A program made the translations under genes and the position numbers. A stretch of 64,000 bases of DNA, from positions 1 through 64,000 of the IMG/VR virus record IMGVR_UViG_3300020156_000025. The stretch is one strand, 5' to 3'. How positions within the stretch are numbered: the stretch's first letter is position 1; every line of letters begins with the position of its first letter. Below, piece after piece: positions 29,238 to 38,584 of the stretch. Under the pieces are notes generated by a model. That model was not told the DNA's origin. It was given only the letters and a program-made list of their open reading frames with translations, and ran no database searches. This DNA comes from a virus.

Positions 29238-30905
29238 ATGGCCGCATCTGCAAACGTGACGCTCGGGGGGAGGACCCGGTTGAAGGGATTCAAGGTGCCG
29301 GGACAACCCGCCCTTGAAGCCGCGTTGAACCGCTTGGCTACCGAGATCAATTCGATCCCGGACGTTCAGTTCGAGGGAGGACAGGGACTGGACGTGACGG
29401 AGCACAACGGTAAGATCGTTGTAGCATTGCGCAACGGTGCGCGGGGATGGCGTCCCCGTTACGAGCCGACGTTCGTGGACGGGAAGCTGCGCATCGGGCT
29501 AGGGACGGTGGGGTTGCACGCGGACGGGAACGGGGCGGGCGGGGTGGTCGAGCCGTATTTCCCTAGGTTCGAGGGGAAGGTGCTGAACCATGCGATCCCG
29601 CCCGAGCTGCCGGTGGAGCAGATAGACGACGGGGACAACAAGATCATCCTGCGCTGCTGTCTCTACGATTCTCGGATCGAGGTGGTGTCCGCGGAGGAGG
29701 ACATGGACAAGGACGTGGGGGAGTGGATTATCACGCTCGCGACCTTTACCAAGGAGGGTGCGAAGATCTCGGACCTCCGGCACCTGTTCACTTCGGACGT
29801 GCTGATTCTGGACGCGTCGGAGTCGTGCGACATCGAAGGCTCGGACGATCCGGACCCGAGCGACGATTCCGACGGCGACGATAGCGACGATAGCGACGAG
29901 CCGCCGCCGTCCGATTCGGACGAGAGCGATGATTCCGACGATAGCTCGGGGAGCGGGGACGGGTGCTGCCCGGAAATCGCGCTCGACGCTACGGTGGTGA
30001 GTCCGGCGTCGCCGTTCTGTTTCTCCAGCGGGGATTCGCCGTATCCCTACTGGGTGGCGGGGTCGGTGAGTATTTCCAAGGCGTCCACCTGCGACGGATG
30101 CGAGGAAAAGCCCGTGTCGGTGCACGTGCAGGTGGGGGACGCGAGCACCAGTGCCAACCTGTTCCCGGGCGGTCCGCCCTTCACGTTCCTGCTTCATCCG
30201 TCGTTCGGTTCGCCGTGCGCCACGGTCCCGGTGACGGCCACCATCGCTTCCCTTACCAGTGTGGCGGGGACCTGCCCGTGCTTCGCCACTAAGTCGGTGG
30301 ACATCACCCTGCCCGGTCTGGAGCCGGACTGCGAATGCTCGGACGACTCCAGCGGAAGCTCCGACGATAGCGACGGAGGGGAGCTTCTGATGATGGCCCC
30401 GCCCGGGGAGATGATGCTGATGACGGAGGGTAGCGACGACTCCGCGCTCGATGACAAGGAGGCGGTGGTCGAGTCGTCCTTGTTCCCGACGGGGTATGCG
30501 GCGATGCGTTGCGTGGAGTCGCCGGAGACGTGGTTCACCGACACGTTCCGGGTGGAAATCACGGGGCGCGTCACGTTGCACCGGATCGATGCAATGTTCG
30601 CCGACGTGTGCGATCCCGGGACGATCCGCGTTGTTTCCGCCGTGCCCGACTTGCCGCGACCTGTGGGATGTGTTGCACGCGAATTCCCGCCGATGCACTG
30701 GAGTGTCTTGCTGAACCGCATGGTGCCGTCCTCGGAGGAGGGGGCGCATGTCGTGGTGCGCTGCGGATGGTTCTTGCGCCCGCGCAGCGTCATGGTCACG
30801 GTGGCCGGAATCCGCAAGGGCCGTTCGGGGCAGCGATTCGTGCCGAGGTCCAAGGAGGAATTCGACCGGAGCCAGGCGTTCTGGTCACAGCTCAAGGACC
30901 GATGA
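29238..30905 (+). CDS. tail-tip protein with Ser/Asp-rich linkers, Cys-rich domain and C-terminal chaperone-like domain
   Basis: DDSD repeats; Cys-rich middle; K.AVV...YAAMRCVESPETWF.D...V.GIRKG C-terminal module. Confidence 0.55.
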   Translation: MAASANVTLGGRTRLKGFKVPGQPALEAALNRLATEINSIPDVQFEGGQGLDVTEHNGKIVVALRNGARGWRPRYEPTFVDGKLRIGLGTVGLHADGNGAGGVVEPYFPRFEGKVLNHAIPPELPVEQIDDGDNKIILRCCLYDSRIEVVSAEEDMDKDVGEWIITLATFTKEGAKISDLRHLFTSDVLILDASESCDIEGSDDPDPSDDSDGDDSDDSDEPPPSDSDESDDSDDSSGSGDGCCPEIALDATVVSPASPFCFSSGDSPYPYWVAGSVSISKASTCDGCEEKPVSVHVQVGDASTSANLFPGGPPFTFLLHPSFGSPCATVPVTATIASLTSVAGTCPCFATKSVDITLPGLEPDCECSDDSSGSSDDSDGGELLMMAPPGEMMLMTEGSDDSALDDKEAVVESSLFPTGYAAMRCVESPETWFTDTFRVEITGRVTLHRIDAMFADVCDPGTIRVVSAVPDLPRPVGCVAREFPPMHWSVLLNRMVPSSEEGAHVVVRCGWFLRPRSVMVTVAGIRKGRSGQRFVPRSKEEFDRSQAFWSQLKDR

Positions 30906-32632
30906 TCTTCGATGAATATTTCGACAAGGTGGTGCTGATCGCGATGGACCCTGCGGGGGAACGCGCGGCAAGGGCCGCGGGGGAGATGGTGCGGCTGGGT
31001 CTGTCGGACAAGACGGAGATCGTGCGCGGGATGCCCGGTAACGAGATGGGCAAGCCGGGATGGTGGCCGAACGGACGGGGTGCGTGGGGGTGCTACCTGT
31101 CGCACTTGGCGCTGCTGATGCGGATGAAGCAAGAGGGCTGGGAGACGTTGCTGCTGCTGGAGGAAGACGTGGTGTTCCAAGAGGACACGGCAACGCTGCT
31201 GCCCGAGGTGATGGCGTCGCTGCCCTCGGACTGGACGCAGTTGTATCTCGGGGGCCAGCACAGGGTGCCGCCGCACCGGCTGCCCGGAACGCCCGCCCTT
31301 GTGAGGGGGAGTAGCATCCACCGCACTCATGCATACGCGGTGCACCGGAAGGGGTTGAACCATTTGATCGCGCACCTGATGGAACTGCCCGCGTTCCAAC
31401 AGGCGAAGAAAGGCGGGACGAAGCTGCACATAGACCACCATTACGAGATGGCTCACCGGGCCAACCGGTGGAAGGTCTATGCGCCGTCGTTCTGGCTGGC
31501 CGGGCAGGGTGCGGGGTGGTCGGAGATACGGGCCAAGCAAGTGACCGCCGCGTGGTGGCACCGGAAGGAGACGCACCGCGAATACCGCGGCTTGCCGGTG
31601 CTGCTGGGGGAGGCTGCCGCGGCCAACTACGGGAACGACGAAACGGAGAAGACCTTGCAGGCGATGGCGGAGGAGGACCCGAGGGAATTCGAGCGCATCC
31701 TTGTGGTTCTCGCGCAACAGGCGTTCCTGCATCAAACCTTGCCCGCGATCCGAAAGGTTCGACCGTGGCAACGGGCATGGCTAGAGGCCAATTGGCCCGC
31801 CGGGGTGGCGCAGCCCGATGATTTCGACCGACTGAGGGATTACCCGAGGGCCAAGCTGTTCGAGCATTCTTGGCTGAATCCCGTGCGCCGGAAAACCAGA
31901 ATCGCAACCGAGAACGATAACATGACACCTGATATTTCGACAGCCGGAGGGGGCAGCCCGTTGTTCGTGTTCAGCTCGCCGCGCAGCGGAAGCACGCTGC
32001 TGGTATCCATACTGGACGGGCACGGGGACATCACGATGAACGGGGAACGCCGGGATTTCCTGTGGAGTCTCCGCAATCTGTGGGACCACCGGGGGGCTTT
32101 GCAGAAAAACTCCCCGCGGGCGTTCCTTCCGATCGACGAGCAGGTGCAACAGGGGAACTTCCCTTCGCACGTGAACCATTCGACGGAAGAGTCGTGGGCG
32201 GAGGGGGTGCGGGCGCTGTTGCGCGGGTGGGTCAATCCGGGGGAAGGGGACCGTTGGTGGGGGATGAAGGACGTGCATGTCGCCAAGCTAGGGATGGGTA
32301 TGGGGGTCGAGATGTGGAGCTGGCTCCAGACCGTGATGCCCGATGCCCGGATCGTGTTTCTGACGCGCGACACGGGAGCGGTGGAGAGGAGCATGGAGCG
32401 GACGCTGGCGTGGTGGGTGCCTAGTTACGGGAACTGCATCGGGAACTGTATGCGCAAGGTGAAGGTGCAGCAGAACGCCTTCCGGGAATATCACGCGCTC
32501 AACCCGTCCACCACGGCACTTGTGGATTACGAGGACCTGACGGATTTCGCCCGCTTGCAGGCGAGCCTAGGGACCATCGGGGTCAAGCTCGATCCGGAGG
32601 TGCACGCGGAAAGAATCGCGGTAAGATTGTGA
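30902..32632 (+). CDS. GT25 glycosyltransferase - sulfotransferase fusion
   Basis: N-terminal GCYLSH, LLLEEDV, LYLGG, THAYAV; C-terminal FVFSSPRSGSTLL, WGMKD, PDARIVFLTRD, YEDL. Confidence 0.8.
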   Translation: MIFDEYFDKVVLIAMDPAGERAARAAGEMVRLGLSDKTEIVRGMPGNEMGKPGWWPNGRGAWGCYLSHLALLMRMKQEGWETLLLLEEDVVFQEDTATLLPEVMASLPSDWTQLYLGGQHRVPPHRLPGTPALVRGSSIHRTHAYAVHRKGLNHLIAHLMELPAFQQAKKGGTKLHIDHHYEMAHRANRWKVYAPSFWLAGQGAGWSEIRAKQVTAAWWHRKETHREYRGLPVLLGEAAAANYGNDETEKTLQAMAEEDPREFERILVVLAQQAFLHQTLPAIRKVRPWQRAWLEANWPAGVAQPDDFDRLRDYPRAKLFEHSWLNPVRRKTRIATENDNMTPDISTAGGGSPLFVFSSPRSGSTLLVSILDGHGDITMNGERRDFLWSLRNLWDHRGALQKNSPRAFLPIDEQVQQGNFPSHVNHSTEESWAEGVRALLRGWVNPGEGDRWWGMKDVHVAKLGMGMGVEMWSWLQTVMPDARIVFLTRDTGAVERSMERTLAWWVPSYGNCIGNCMRKVKVQQNAFREYHALNPSTTALVDYEDLTDFARLQASLGTIGVKLDPEVHAERIAVRL

Positions 32633-33192
32633 TGCAGGTGTTCCGGATCAGTGACGCGCCCCGCGAGGGGGAAACCCCGATAAAACCCGTGTGGGGGTTG
32701 GGGAAGGTGCGGGGGAATTGCTCGGCGCAGGCGTCGGCGATGGCCGCGGTGCTGCGGACGGACGTGTATCCGGCGGTGGTGCTGGAGCACGACGCGGAGC
32801 GTCTGCGGGAGGGGTGGCCGGATTTTGCACAATGTGCAAACGCGGGCATGGACTGGTTGTGGTTGGGGGGTTCAACCATCTGGTGCGATGAGCGGGGGGA
32901 GGAAGTCCGGGACAGGCCGATGCCGTGGATGCCGTCTCCGGTGGCGGGGGTGGCGAAGGTGGACGGGCTCTACACGACGCACGCGGTGGCGATCCTGACG
33001 CCGGACGGGGCGATGCGGGCGCTGTGCGCCGCACTGCAAGGAATCCGCAAGGGGTGGCCGGTGGACGTGGCGATCATCATGGAGTGCAGGCATATGGGCT
33101 GGGAACGCTGGTGCGTGACCGAGCCGTGGTTCTGCCAGCGGGGGGTGAACCGCAGGTGGACGGACAAACCGCTGCCGCCGCCCTTGCCATGA
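32629..33192 (+). CDS. short GT25-like glycosyltransferase
   Basis: VVLEHDA, WLWLGG, TTHAV, PVDV; coupled to neighbouring genes. Confidence 0.55.
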   Translation: MMQVFRISDAPREGETPIKPVWGLGKVRGNCSAQASAMAAVLRTDVYPAVVLEHDAERLREGWPDFAQCANAGMDWLWLGGSTIWCDERGEEVRDRPMPWMPSPVAGVAKVDGLYTTHAVAILTPDGAMRALCAALQGIRKGWPVDVAIIMECRHMGWERWCVTEPWFCQRGVNRRWTDKPLPPPLP

Positions 33193-33929
33193 GGACTCTG
33201 GTGCTGTCCTGCGACACGCTGGGAATGGAGGTGATTCCGACCGTGATCCGCTCGGTCGAACGGCACACGGAGGGGGCGCTGCGGGTGGTGGTGTATTCAC
33301 GGGGAATGCATGCGGAGGGGTTCAGGAGGGGTAGGCTGGAGGTGGAGTTCCGCAGACCGAGGGAAGAATTCGGGCAAGCCAAGGGGCGGATCGCCGCGGA
33401 AATGTTCGACCGCTTGTGGTGCATTGCGGATTTGCAGGACACGGAACGGGTGATGATTCTGGACTGGGACCAACTGGCGGTCGGATGTCTGGAGGAGCTG
33501 TGGGACGTGGAGATGACGGGGCAATTCGGGGCGTTCGTGCGCTCGCCCTTCGGCAAGACGTTCAAGTCGTCCCGGTGGATAGGGGAAGGTTACTGGGCGC
33601 AGGACATGCCGGGGGTGGAGCAACCGTTTTTCCGTTTCGGGGGGATGTTGAATCTGGAGGAGTGCCGGAAGGCGGGGATTTTGCAAACCGTGCAAGGGTT
33701 GGCGGGGAATGGATCGACCGAGCAGGCGTTGCTGGCCCACGCAATGGGAGGGAACTACGCGGGGTTGGACCGGAAATGGAACAATCTTGTCAAATACGAG
33801 GGCTTGGTTCCGGATGCCCGCATCCTGCATTGGCACGGGGGGAAGAAGCCTTGGAGCCACGACGGGCTGGACCATGCGGAGTTGTGGCACGCGGCCCGGT
33901 GCTCGTGGAGGGAAATCCGGTTGACTTGA
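33189..33929 (+). CDS. GT8-family glycosyltransferase
   Basis: RVMILDWD (DxD), LEELW, MLNL, EQALL, LDRKWN, ILHWHGGKKPW. Confidence 0.8.
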   Translation: MRTLVLSCDTLGMEVIPTVIRSVERHTEGALRVVVYSRGMHAEGFRRGRLEVEFRRPREEFGQAKGRIAAEMFDRLWCIADLQDTERVMILDWDQLAVGCLEELWDVEMTGQFGAFVRSPFGKTFKSSRWIGEGYWAQDMPGVEQPFFRFGGMLNLEECRKAGILQTVQGLAGNGSTEQALLAHAMGGNYAGLDRKWNNLVKYEGLVPDARILHWHGGKKPWSHDGLDHAELWHAARCSWREIRLT

Positions 33930-33956
33930 AGTGTCGGGGTGGGGCATGGTCCGGGC

Positions 33957-36308
33957 ATGGAGCTGGTCCTCAACCTTAACACCGTCACCTTCGTTCAAAA
34001 GGTCGATGTGAGTCTGGAAGTCACGGGGTTTTCTTGCAAGGTGAGGGATACCTTGCAGCTCGACGTGAAATTCTCGAACGGTCTGGCGCTGGTCGCCCCG
34101 GGGGAGGAAGTATCGCTGGTGTTCGGTATCAAGGAGACGCTGGCCGACACGGAATTCCTGGCCTATATCGCGACGTGGACGGAGGTGGAGGCCGGACATT
34201 ACCGGGGTCAGTTGTCGCTCAACACGGCGAATCTGGTGGGGGCCATCGGGAGTGCCGAATCGCTGGCCGCGCTCGGGGAGTTGACGTGGAGCACGGACGG
34301 AGGGGAGCAATGGCAGTCCAGTCCGACGCTGAACGTGACGATCCGGGGGGACGTGGTGACGGGGCTGGAATCCGCGCCCTTGAACATGCCCACGGCGAAC
34401 GGGGTGCCGTCGCCCATCGACATTTCGGGGGAGCCGTTGAACGAGACGCTGGCAATGGCGTCGATCAACTCCACGCTGGTCGATGCGGTGGACGGGGAGA
34501 CCCTGACTTTGAACGGGGTGGTGTTCACGTTCCGGGATTACCCCGCGAGCGAGCCGCTCGACGTGCTGATCGCCATAGGGGACCCGGGTGCCACGCGGGC
34601 CAACCTTGCCGCGAAGCTGGTCACGTATGAGGCCAACACGCGCGTGATCGCGACGAACGGGTCCGGGATCTCGCTCACGTCCCGGGACCGCGGGGTGGAC
34701 GGGAATGCCATGACTCTTTCGACGGACTCCGCGGGGTTTGAGGTCACGCCTTTCGCGGGCGGGGTGGACGGGACGCCGGGAGGACGGGGGCAGTTGGCGT
34801 ATTCGGACAACGGACTGACCTACGAATGCTCGGACGATTTTCCTTACACGTGGGTGGGGCATGCGACCGGGAACTCGTCGCAAGGGGCGCAGGGGGAGGC
34901 CGATGCCGGGAAGCTGGCGGAATTCGCGGCGGACGGGGCACTGGCCGCATCGGAGAAGTTCACGGTCCGGGACAACACGCCGCCCGCCGGAACGTGGGAT
35001 GTCCGGTTGCGGTCATCGTCCGGGGTGCAGCGTGTCGAGTTCCAGCAGAACGCTCATGAGCTTCTGGTCGCCGCCCCGACGTTGACGGGAGACCTGACGC
35101 AGACGCACCAGAACCGGAGTGGAACGATTCCGGCGGCGCGCTCCTACGCGACCGAGGCAGCCGCCCTTGCGGCCAATTCCTCGGGCAATACCAAATTGCT
35201 CAAGAACGGGGAGATCTACGAGGACGTGGCGAGCGGGGTGGTGCGGGCCGTGCCCGGATACCCCACGGTGACGACATCCAGTCCGGCAAGCGGAGGGTCC
35301 GTCACCTTGACCGATCTGGTGGATTCGCTGTATATCGTCAATTCTTCAGGGGTGTTGGCCGCGCTCACGGTGAACTTTCCGGGGGTGTCGGCGTGCCGGA
35401 ACGGGCAGACCATCAGCATCCGGTTCGACTGCAACGTGACCGCACTGACGTGGGCGGCGGGATTAGCCACGATCCTTAACGCGCCGGTGTCGGCGGGGGC
35501 GAACCAGACATACACCTTCGTCTGCTACGGTGTGTCGGGACTGGGCAGCCCCGTGTGGCAGTGCGTTTCGCGCACCTTCCCCCAGTCGGAGGCGATCGAA
35601 TCCTTGTGGGACATGCACCGCGTGGTGCAGTTGCCGTATTTCACTTCCGTGGTATCGGGGACGGCCTCAAGCTCGGCGGCTTTGCAGGTCCTCGGAATCG
35701 GGGTGCACTGCGGAACGTCGAACGGGAGTTACGCCCGCGGGATCGTGGGTGCATCGACGAATTTCGATCCGCAGACCACGGGAGGAAACATGCGCGCGGG
35801 GCAGCGCATGCGCTTCTGCGCCGTGGGGGAGTTCGTCGCTCTGGCGGTGGCCAACGGCGGGGTGCTCCGCATGCTGGTCGGGGCCACGGTCGCCGCTCCG
35901 CCCCTTGCCGACGCGAACGCGCTTTCCGCCGCGGGCTTCGGGGTCGAGTGGGCCTACGACGGTGCGAACTCCCGCATGCAGGTCAGGTTGGTGAGCCACA
36001 ACGGCACGACCTACCAGACTTCCGCGTGGGCTCCGTTCCGTGCGGAACACAACCGCAGATGCGCGATCATTCTGGACCACGTGGGGGACGGGACGCTGAA
36101 CCTTTACGCGGCGGAAAACGGACCGACGGACCGCGGGTGTCCGAGGCCCAATCCGGTCGCGGTGGCGACGTTGTTCGGGGTGCCCACGGGGACACTCGGC
36201 GGGGGCTATGTCGCGTTCGACGCCGTATCCGCATCCGCCGCATCCGCACCGTCCTTCGGATCGTCGCTGAGGTTCAAGCTCAGGGAGGTCAGGCTGGTGC
36301 TGGATTGA
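33957..36308 (+). CDS. tail fibre / receptor-binding protein
   Basis: Ala/Gly/Thr/Ser-rich, 783 aa; C-terminal domain resembles that of the tailspike at 2271-4931. Confidence 0.7.
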   Translation: MELVLNLNTVTFVQKVDVSLEVTGFSCKVRDTLQLDVKFSNGLALVAPGEEVSLVFGIKETLADTEFLAYIATWTEVEAGHYRGQLSLNTANLVGAIGSAESLAALGELTWSTDGGEQWQSSPTLNVTIRGDVVTGLESAPLNMPTANGVPSPIDISGEPLNETLAMASINSTLVDAVDGETLTLNGVVFTFRDYPASEPLDVLIAIGDPGATRANLAAKLVTYEANTRVIATNGSGISLTSRDRGVDGNAMTLSTDSAGFEVTPFAGGVDGTPGGRGQLAYSDNGLTYECSDDFPYTWVGHATGNSSQGAQGEADAGKLAEFAADGALAASEKFTVRDNTPPAGTWDVRLRSSSGVQRVEFQQNAHELLVAAPTLTGDLTQTHQNRSGTIPAARSYATEAAALAANSSGNTKLLKNGEIYEDVASGVVRAVPGYPTVTTSSPASGGSVTLTDLVDSLYIVNSSGVLAALTVNFPGVSACRNGQTISIRFDCNVTALTWAAGLATILNAPVSAGANQTYTFVCYGVSGLGSPVWQCVSRTFPQSEAIESLWDMHRVVQLPYFTSVVSGTASSSAALQVLGIGVHCGTSNGSYARGIVGASTNFDPQTTGGNMRAGQRMRFCAVGEFVALAVANGGVLRMLVGATVAAPPLADANALSAAGFGVEWAYDGANSRMQVRLVSHNGTTYQTSAWAPFRAEHNRRCAIILDHVGDGTLNLYAAENGPTDRGCPRPNPVAVATLFGVPTGTLGGGYVAFDAVSASAASAPSFGSSLRFKLREVRLVLD

Positions 36309-36345
36309 GGATTGACTCGGGCGGGCTGACAGGGGATGAAGGGGC

Positions 36346-36672
36346 ATGCCAAATCCCATTGTCTCCATCAGTCCGGTCGATGATGCCAACGCTTGCTTGC
36401 TGCCGGTGCAGCCGGGACCGGAGAAGACATGTGCCGTGGCCGTGGCGTGCGAGGACGCATCCGATGCCGCGGTGGTGGATTTCACGTGGGAACTCCAGTT
36501 CAAGCCCGCCGGGGCCGCGACGTGGCACGGTATCCCGGAGGAGGAGGGGGGCACGGCAACGCGGACGGGTCCGGGGCTGGTGGAGTTCAGTCCCACGCAC
36601 CTGTGTGAATATCGGGTGGCGGTGACGGCGCTCGGAACCGGCGGTGCGGCGGTGTTCGTGACCACGAACTAG
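36346..36672 (+). CDS. small beta-rich hypothetical protein
   Basis: ORF after the fibre gene. Confidence 0.55.
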   Translation: MPNPIVSISPVDDANACLLPVQPGPEKTCAVAVACEDASDAAVVDFTWELQFKPAGAATWHGIPEEEGGTATRTGPGLVEFSPTHLCEYRVAVTALGTGGAAVFVTTN

Positions 36673-36737
36673 AGGGGGGTGGAATCGGGGCTTGGCATGA
36701 TGGTCGGGATAGTCTAGGTATCCTGACCATTCAAGCC

Positions 36738-37409
36738 ATGAGACCTAACCGATGGATCGCGCTGGCCGCGTGCATGCTCGCCCTTGCGGGATGCGCGGGA
36801 ACACAGAAGGTAGCCCCGCGGGTAGTGCAGGCCGAGGTGCCCAAGGCACGGGCCGTCGCGCCGGTCGCCGGAAAGGTGCGGGACAACGCTCATGCCGTGG
36901 AGGTGTCCGCGGCCAAGGTGGAGGTGACGGCGGCGAACGTGTCGCGGGAGGCGAAGGACTTGCGCCGCATCGTGGGCTCGCTGACGACGGAAGCGGAACG
37001 CCTGCGGAAGGTGGAGGCGATGACGGCGCAGGAGAAGGCCGACCTGTGGGCCAAGCTCACGGAAGTGTCCCGGTCCTCGGCGCTGCTGGAGTCCTACGTG
37101 GAGGAACAGAACAAGGCACTGTCGGTCCATCACGAGCAACGCAGGCAACTGACGGTGGCGATCGCCGAGCTGGAGGGGGCGGTGCGGGAAAAGGACACGG
37201 AGGTGGCGGGTCTGAGGTTGCAGCTCAAGGACGAGGAGGAGAGCGCGAAGACGCAGGCCGAGTTCGCCCGCACGGAATCGCAGCGGGCCGACCGGGAAGC
37301 GGCGAAGGCGGCGACCTCGAAAGGGACCGCGAAAGCCTTGGGCTGGGGGCTGGTAGCGGTGTCGCTGCTGCTGGCAGGGGCATGCGTGGTGATCTATCTC
37401 CGCAGGTAA
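36738..37409 (+). CDS. putative unimolecular spanin (lipoprotein with C-terminal TM)
   Basis: Lipobox LALAG-C, long coiled coil, C-terminal ALGWGLVAVSLLLAGACVVIYLRR; next to holin and endolysin. Confidence 0.6.
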   Translation: MRPNRWIALAACMLALAGCAGTQKVAPRVVQAEVPKARAVAPVAGKVRDNAHAVEVSAAKVEVTAANVSREAKDLRRIVGSLTTEAERLRKVEAMTAQEKADLWAKLTEVSRSSALLESYVEEQNKALSVHHEQRRQLTVAIAELEGAVREKDTEVAGLRLQLKDEEESAKTQAEFARTESQRADREAAKAATSKGTAKALGWGLVAVSLLLAGACVVIYLRR

Positions 37410-37440
37410 ACGGCTGGAGGAAACAAAACGAACCGACATT

Positions 37441-37839
37441 ATGAAATTCGACACGCTGAAATCGAACTGGCGGGAGTTGCTGGGAATCCTGCTGACGCTA
37501 GGGTTGCTGGTCGTGCTCGCCCTTGCGCTGGGATCGAGGGAGGTGGCGGGGGGTGCGCCCCCGGAACCGCTGCCGGAGGGATACGGGGAAGGACGGCCTT
37601 ACTTGGCTCTGATCCTGACGTTCCTCTTGGGGATGGTGGGGAACATGCTCCAGTTCTGCCTGTGCCTCGGGATGGCATGGTTCGGGTTGCGGGTGACGCT
37701 GCCGGAATCGGCCAAGGTGATTTTCTCCCGCACGTTCGACACGTGGTGGAAGGGGGGGACGACGCAGGAGCATATCCGGATCGGGCTGGTGGCCGCGGCG
37801 GTGCTCGCCCTTGTCGCCGGGTTGGTGTCGATCAACTGA
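37441..37839 (+). CDS. putative holin
   Basis: 132 aa with three hydrophobic segments, directly upstream of the endolysin. Confidence 0.6.
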   Translation: MKFDTLKSNWRELLGILLTLGLLVVLALALGSREVAGGAPPEPLPEGYGEGRPYLALILTFLLGMVGNMLQFCLCLGMAWFGLRVTLPESAKVIFSRTFDTWWKGGTTQEHIRIGLVAAAVLALVAGLVSIN

Positions 37840-37846
37840 CAACCTT

Positions 37847-38584
37847 TTGCAAACCGTGCAAAAACGCCTGCGACCGAATGGACTGGAGTGGTCATTGACG
37901 GTGCTCACCGCGTTGGCGTGGGGCACCTTGCTGTTGTTCCTGATGCAGACGTGCAAGGGGGCCACGGGGAACATTGCAGCGGGACCGCTGGAAATCTCCC
38001 CGCAGGCGCATGCGCTGATCGTCAAGCATGAGACGGGAGGGGAAGCGTATTACCGGCGCTACCTGTCGAAGCCGTCTTGGCCGGGGGGTCAGAGCGGGGT
38101 CACGGTGGGCATCGGCTACGATGTGGGGTATAACACGAAGGCGCAGGTGCTGGCCGATTGGAAGCGGCTGCCGGAGGTGCAGCGGAACGCGCTCGCCACG
38201 GCTGCCGGGGTGAAGGGGGCGCTGGCCAAGCAACGTGCCCGGGGGTTGCGATGGTTCGGGGTGCCGTGGCCGCAGGCCAAGGAGGTGTTCGAGGCGCGGA
38301 GCATGCCCCGGTTCGGGGTGCTCGTGGCCAAGGCGTTCCCGGGAGTGACCACGATGCACCCGCACGTTCAGGGGGTGATGCTGTCGCTGGGGTTCAACCG
38401 GGGGACCGCGATGGCGGGGGCGTCCCGGCTGGAGATGCGGCAGTGCCGGGAGGCAATCCCGGAGAACCCGCGCGCCTTGCCGGGGTATATCCGCAGGATG
38501 AAAAGGCTGTGGGTCGGGAAGGGACTGGACGGATTGTTGCAACGGAGGGAAGAAGAAGCTTGCCTGATCGAGCGGGCCTTGTAG
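37847..38584 (+). CDS. endolysin (lysozyme/pesticin-like muramidase) with N-terminal hydrophobic segment
   Basis: LIVKHETGG...WPGGQSGVTVGIGYDVG...SLGFNRG...GLLQRREEEA; start TTG 37847 or GTG 37856. Confidence 0.8.
   Translation: MQTVQKRLRPNGLEWSLTVLTALAWGTLLLFLMQTCKGATGNIAAGPLEISPQAHALIVKHETGGEAYYRRYLSKPSWPGGQSGVTVGIGYDVGYNTKAQVLADWKRLPEVQRNALATAAGVKGALAKQRARGLRWFGVPWPQAKEVFEARSMPRFGVLVAKAFPGVTTMHPHVQGVMLSLGFNRGTAMAGASRLEMRQCREAIPENPRALPGYIRRMKRLWVGKGLDGLLQRREEEACLIERAL

Noticed and set aside
4250-36305. Diversity-generating retroelement linking the two fibre C-termini
   Set aside because: No reverse transcriptase; the similarity is distant and at protein level, not a near-identical TR/VR pair differing at adenines.
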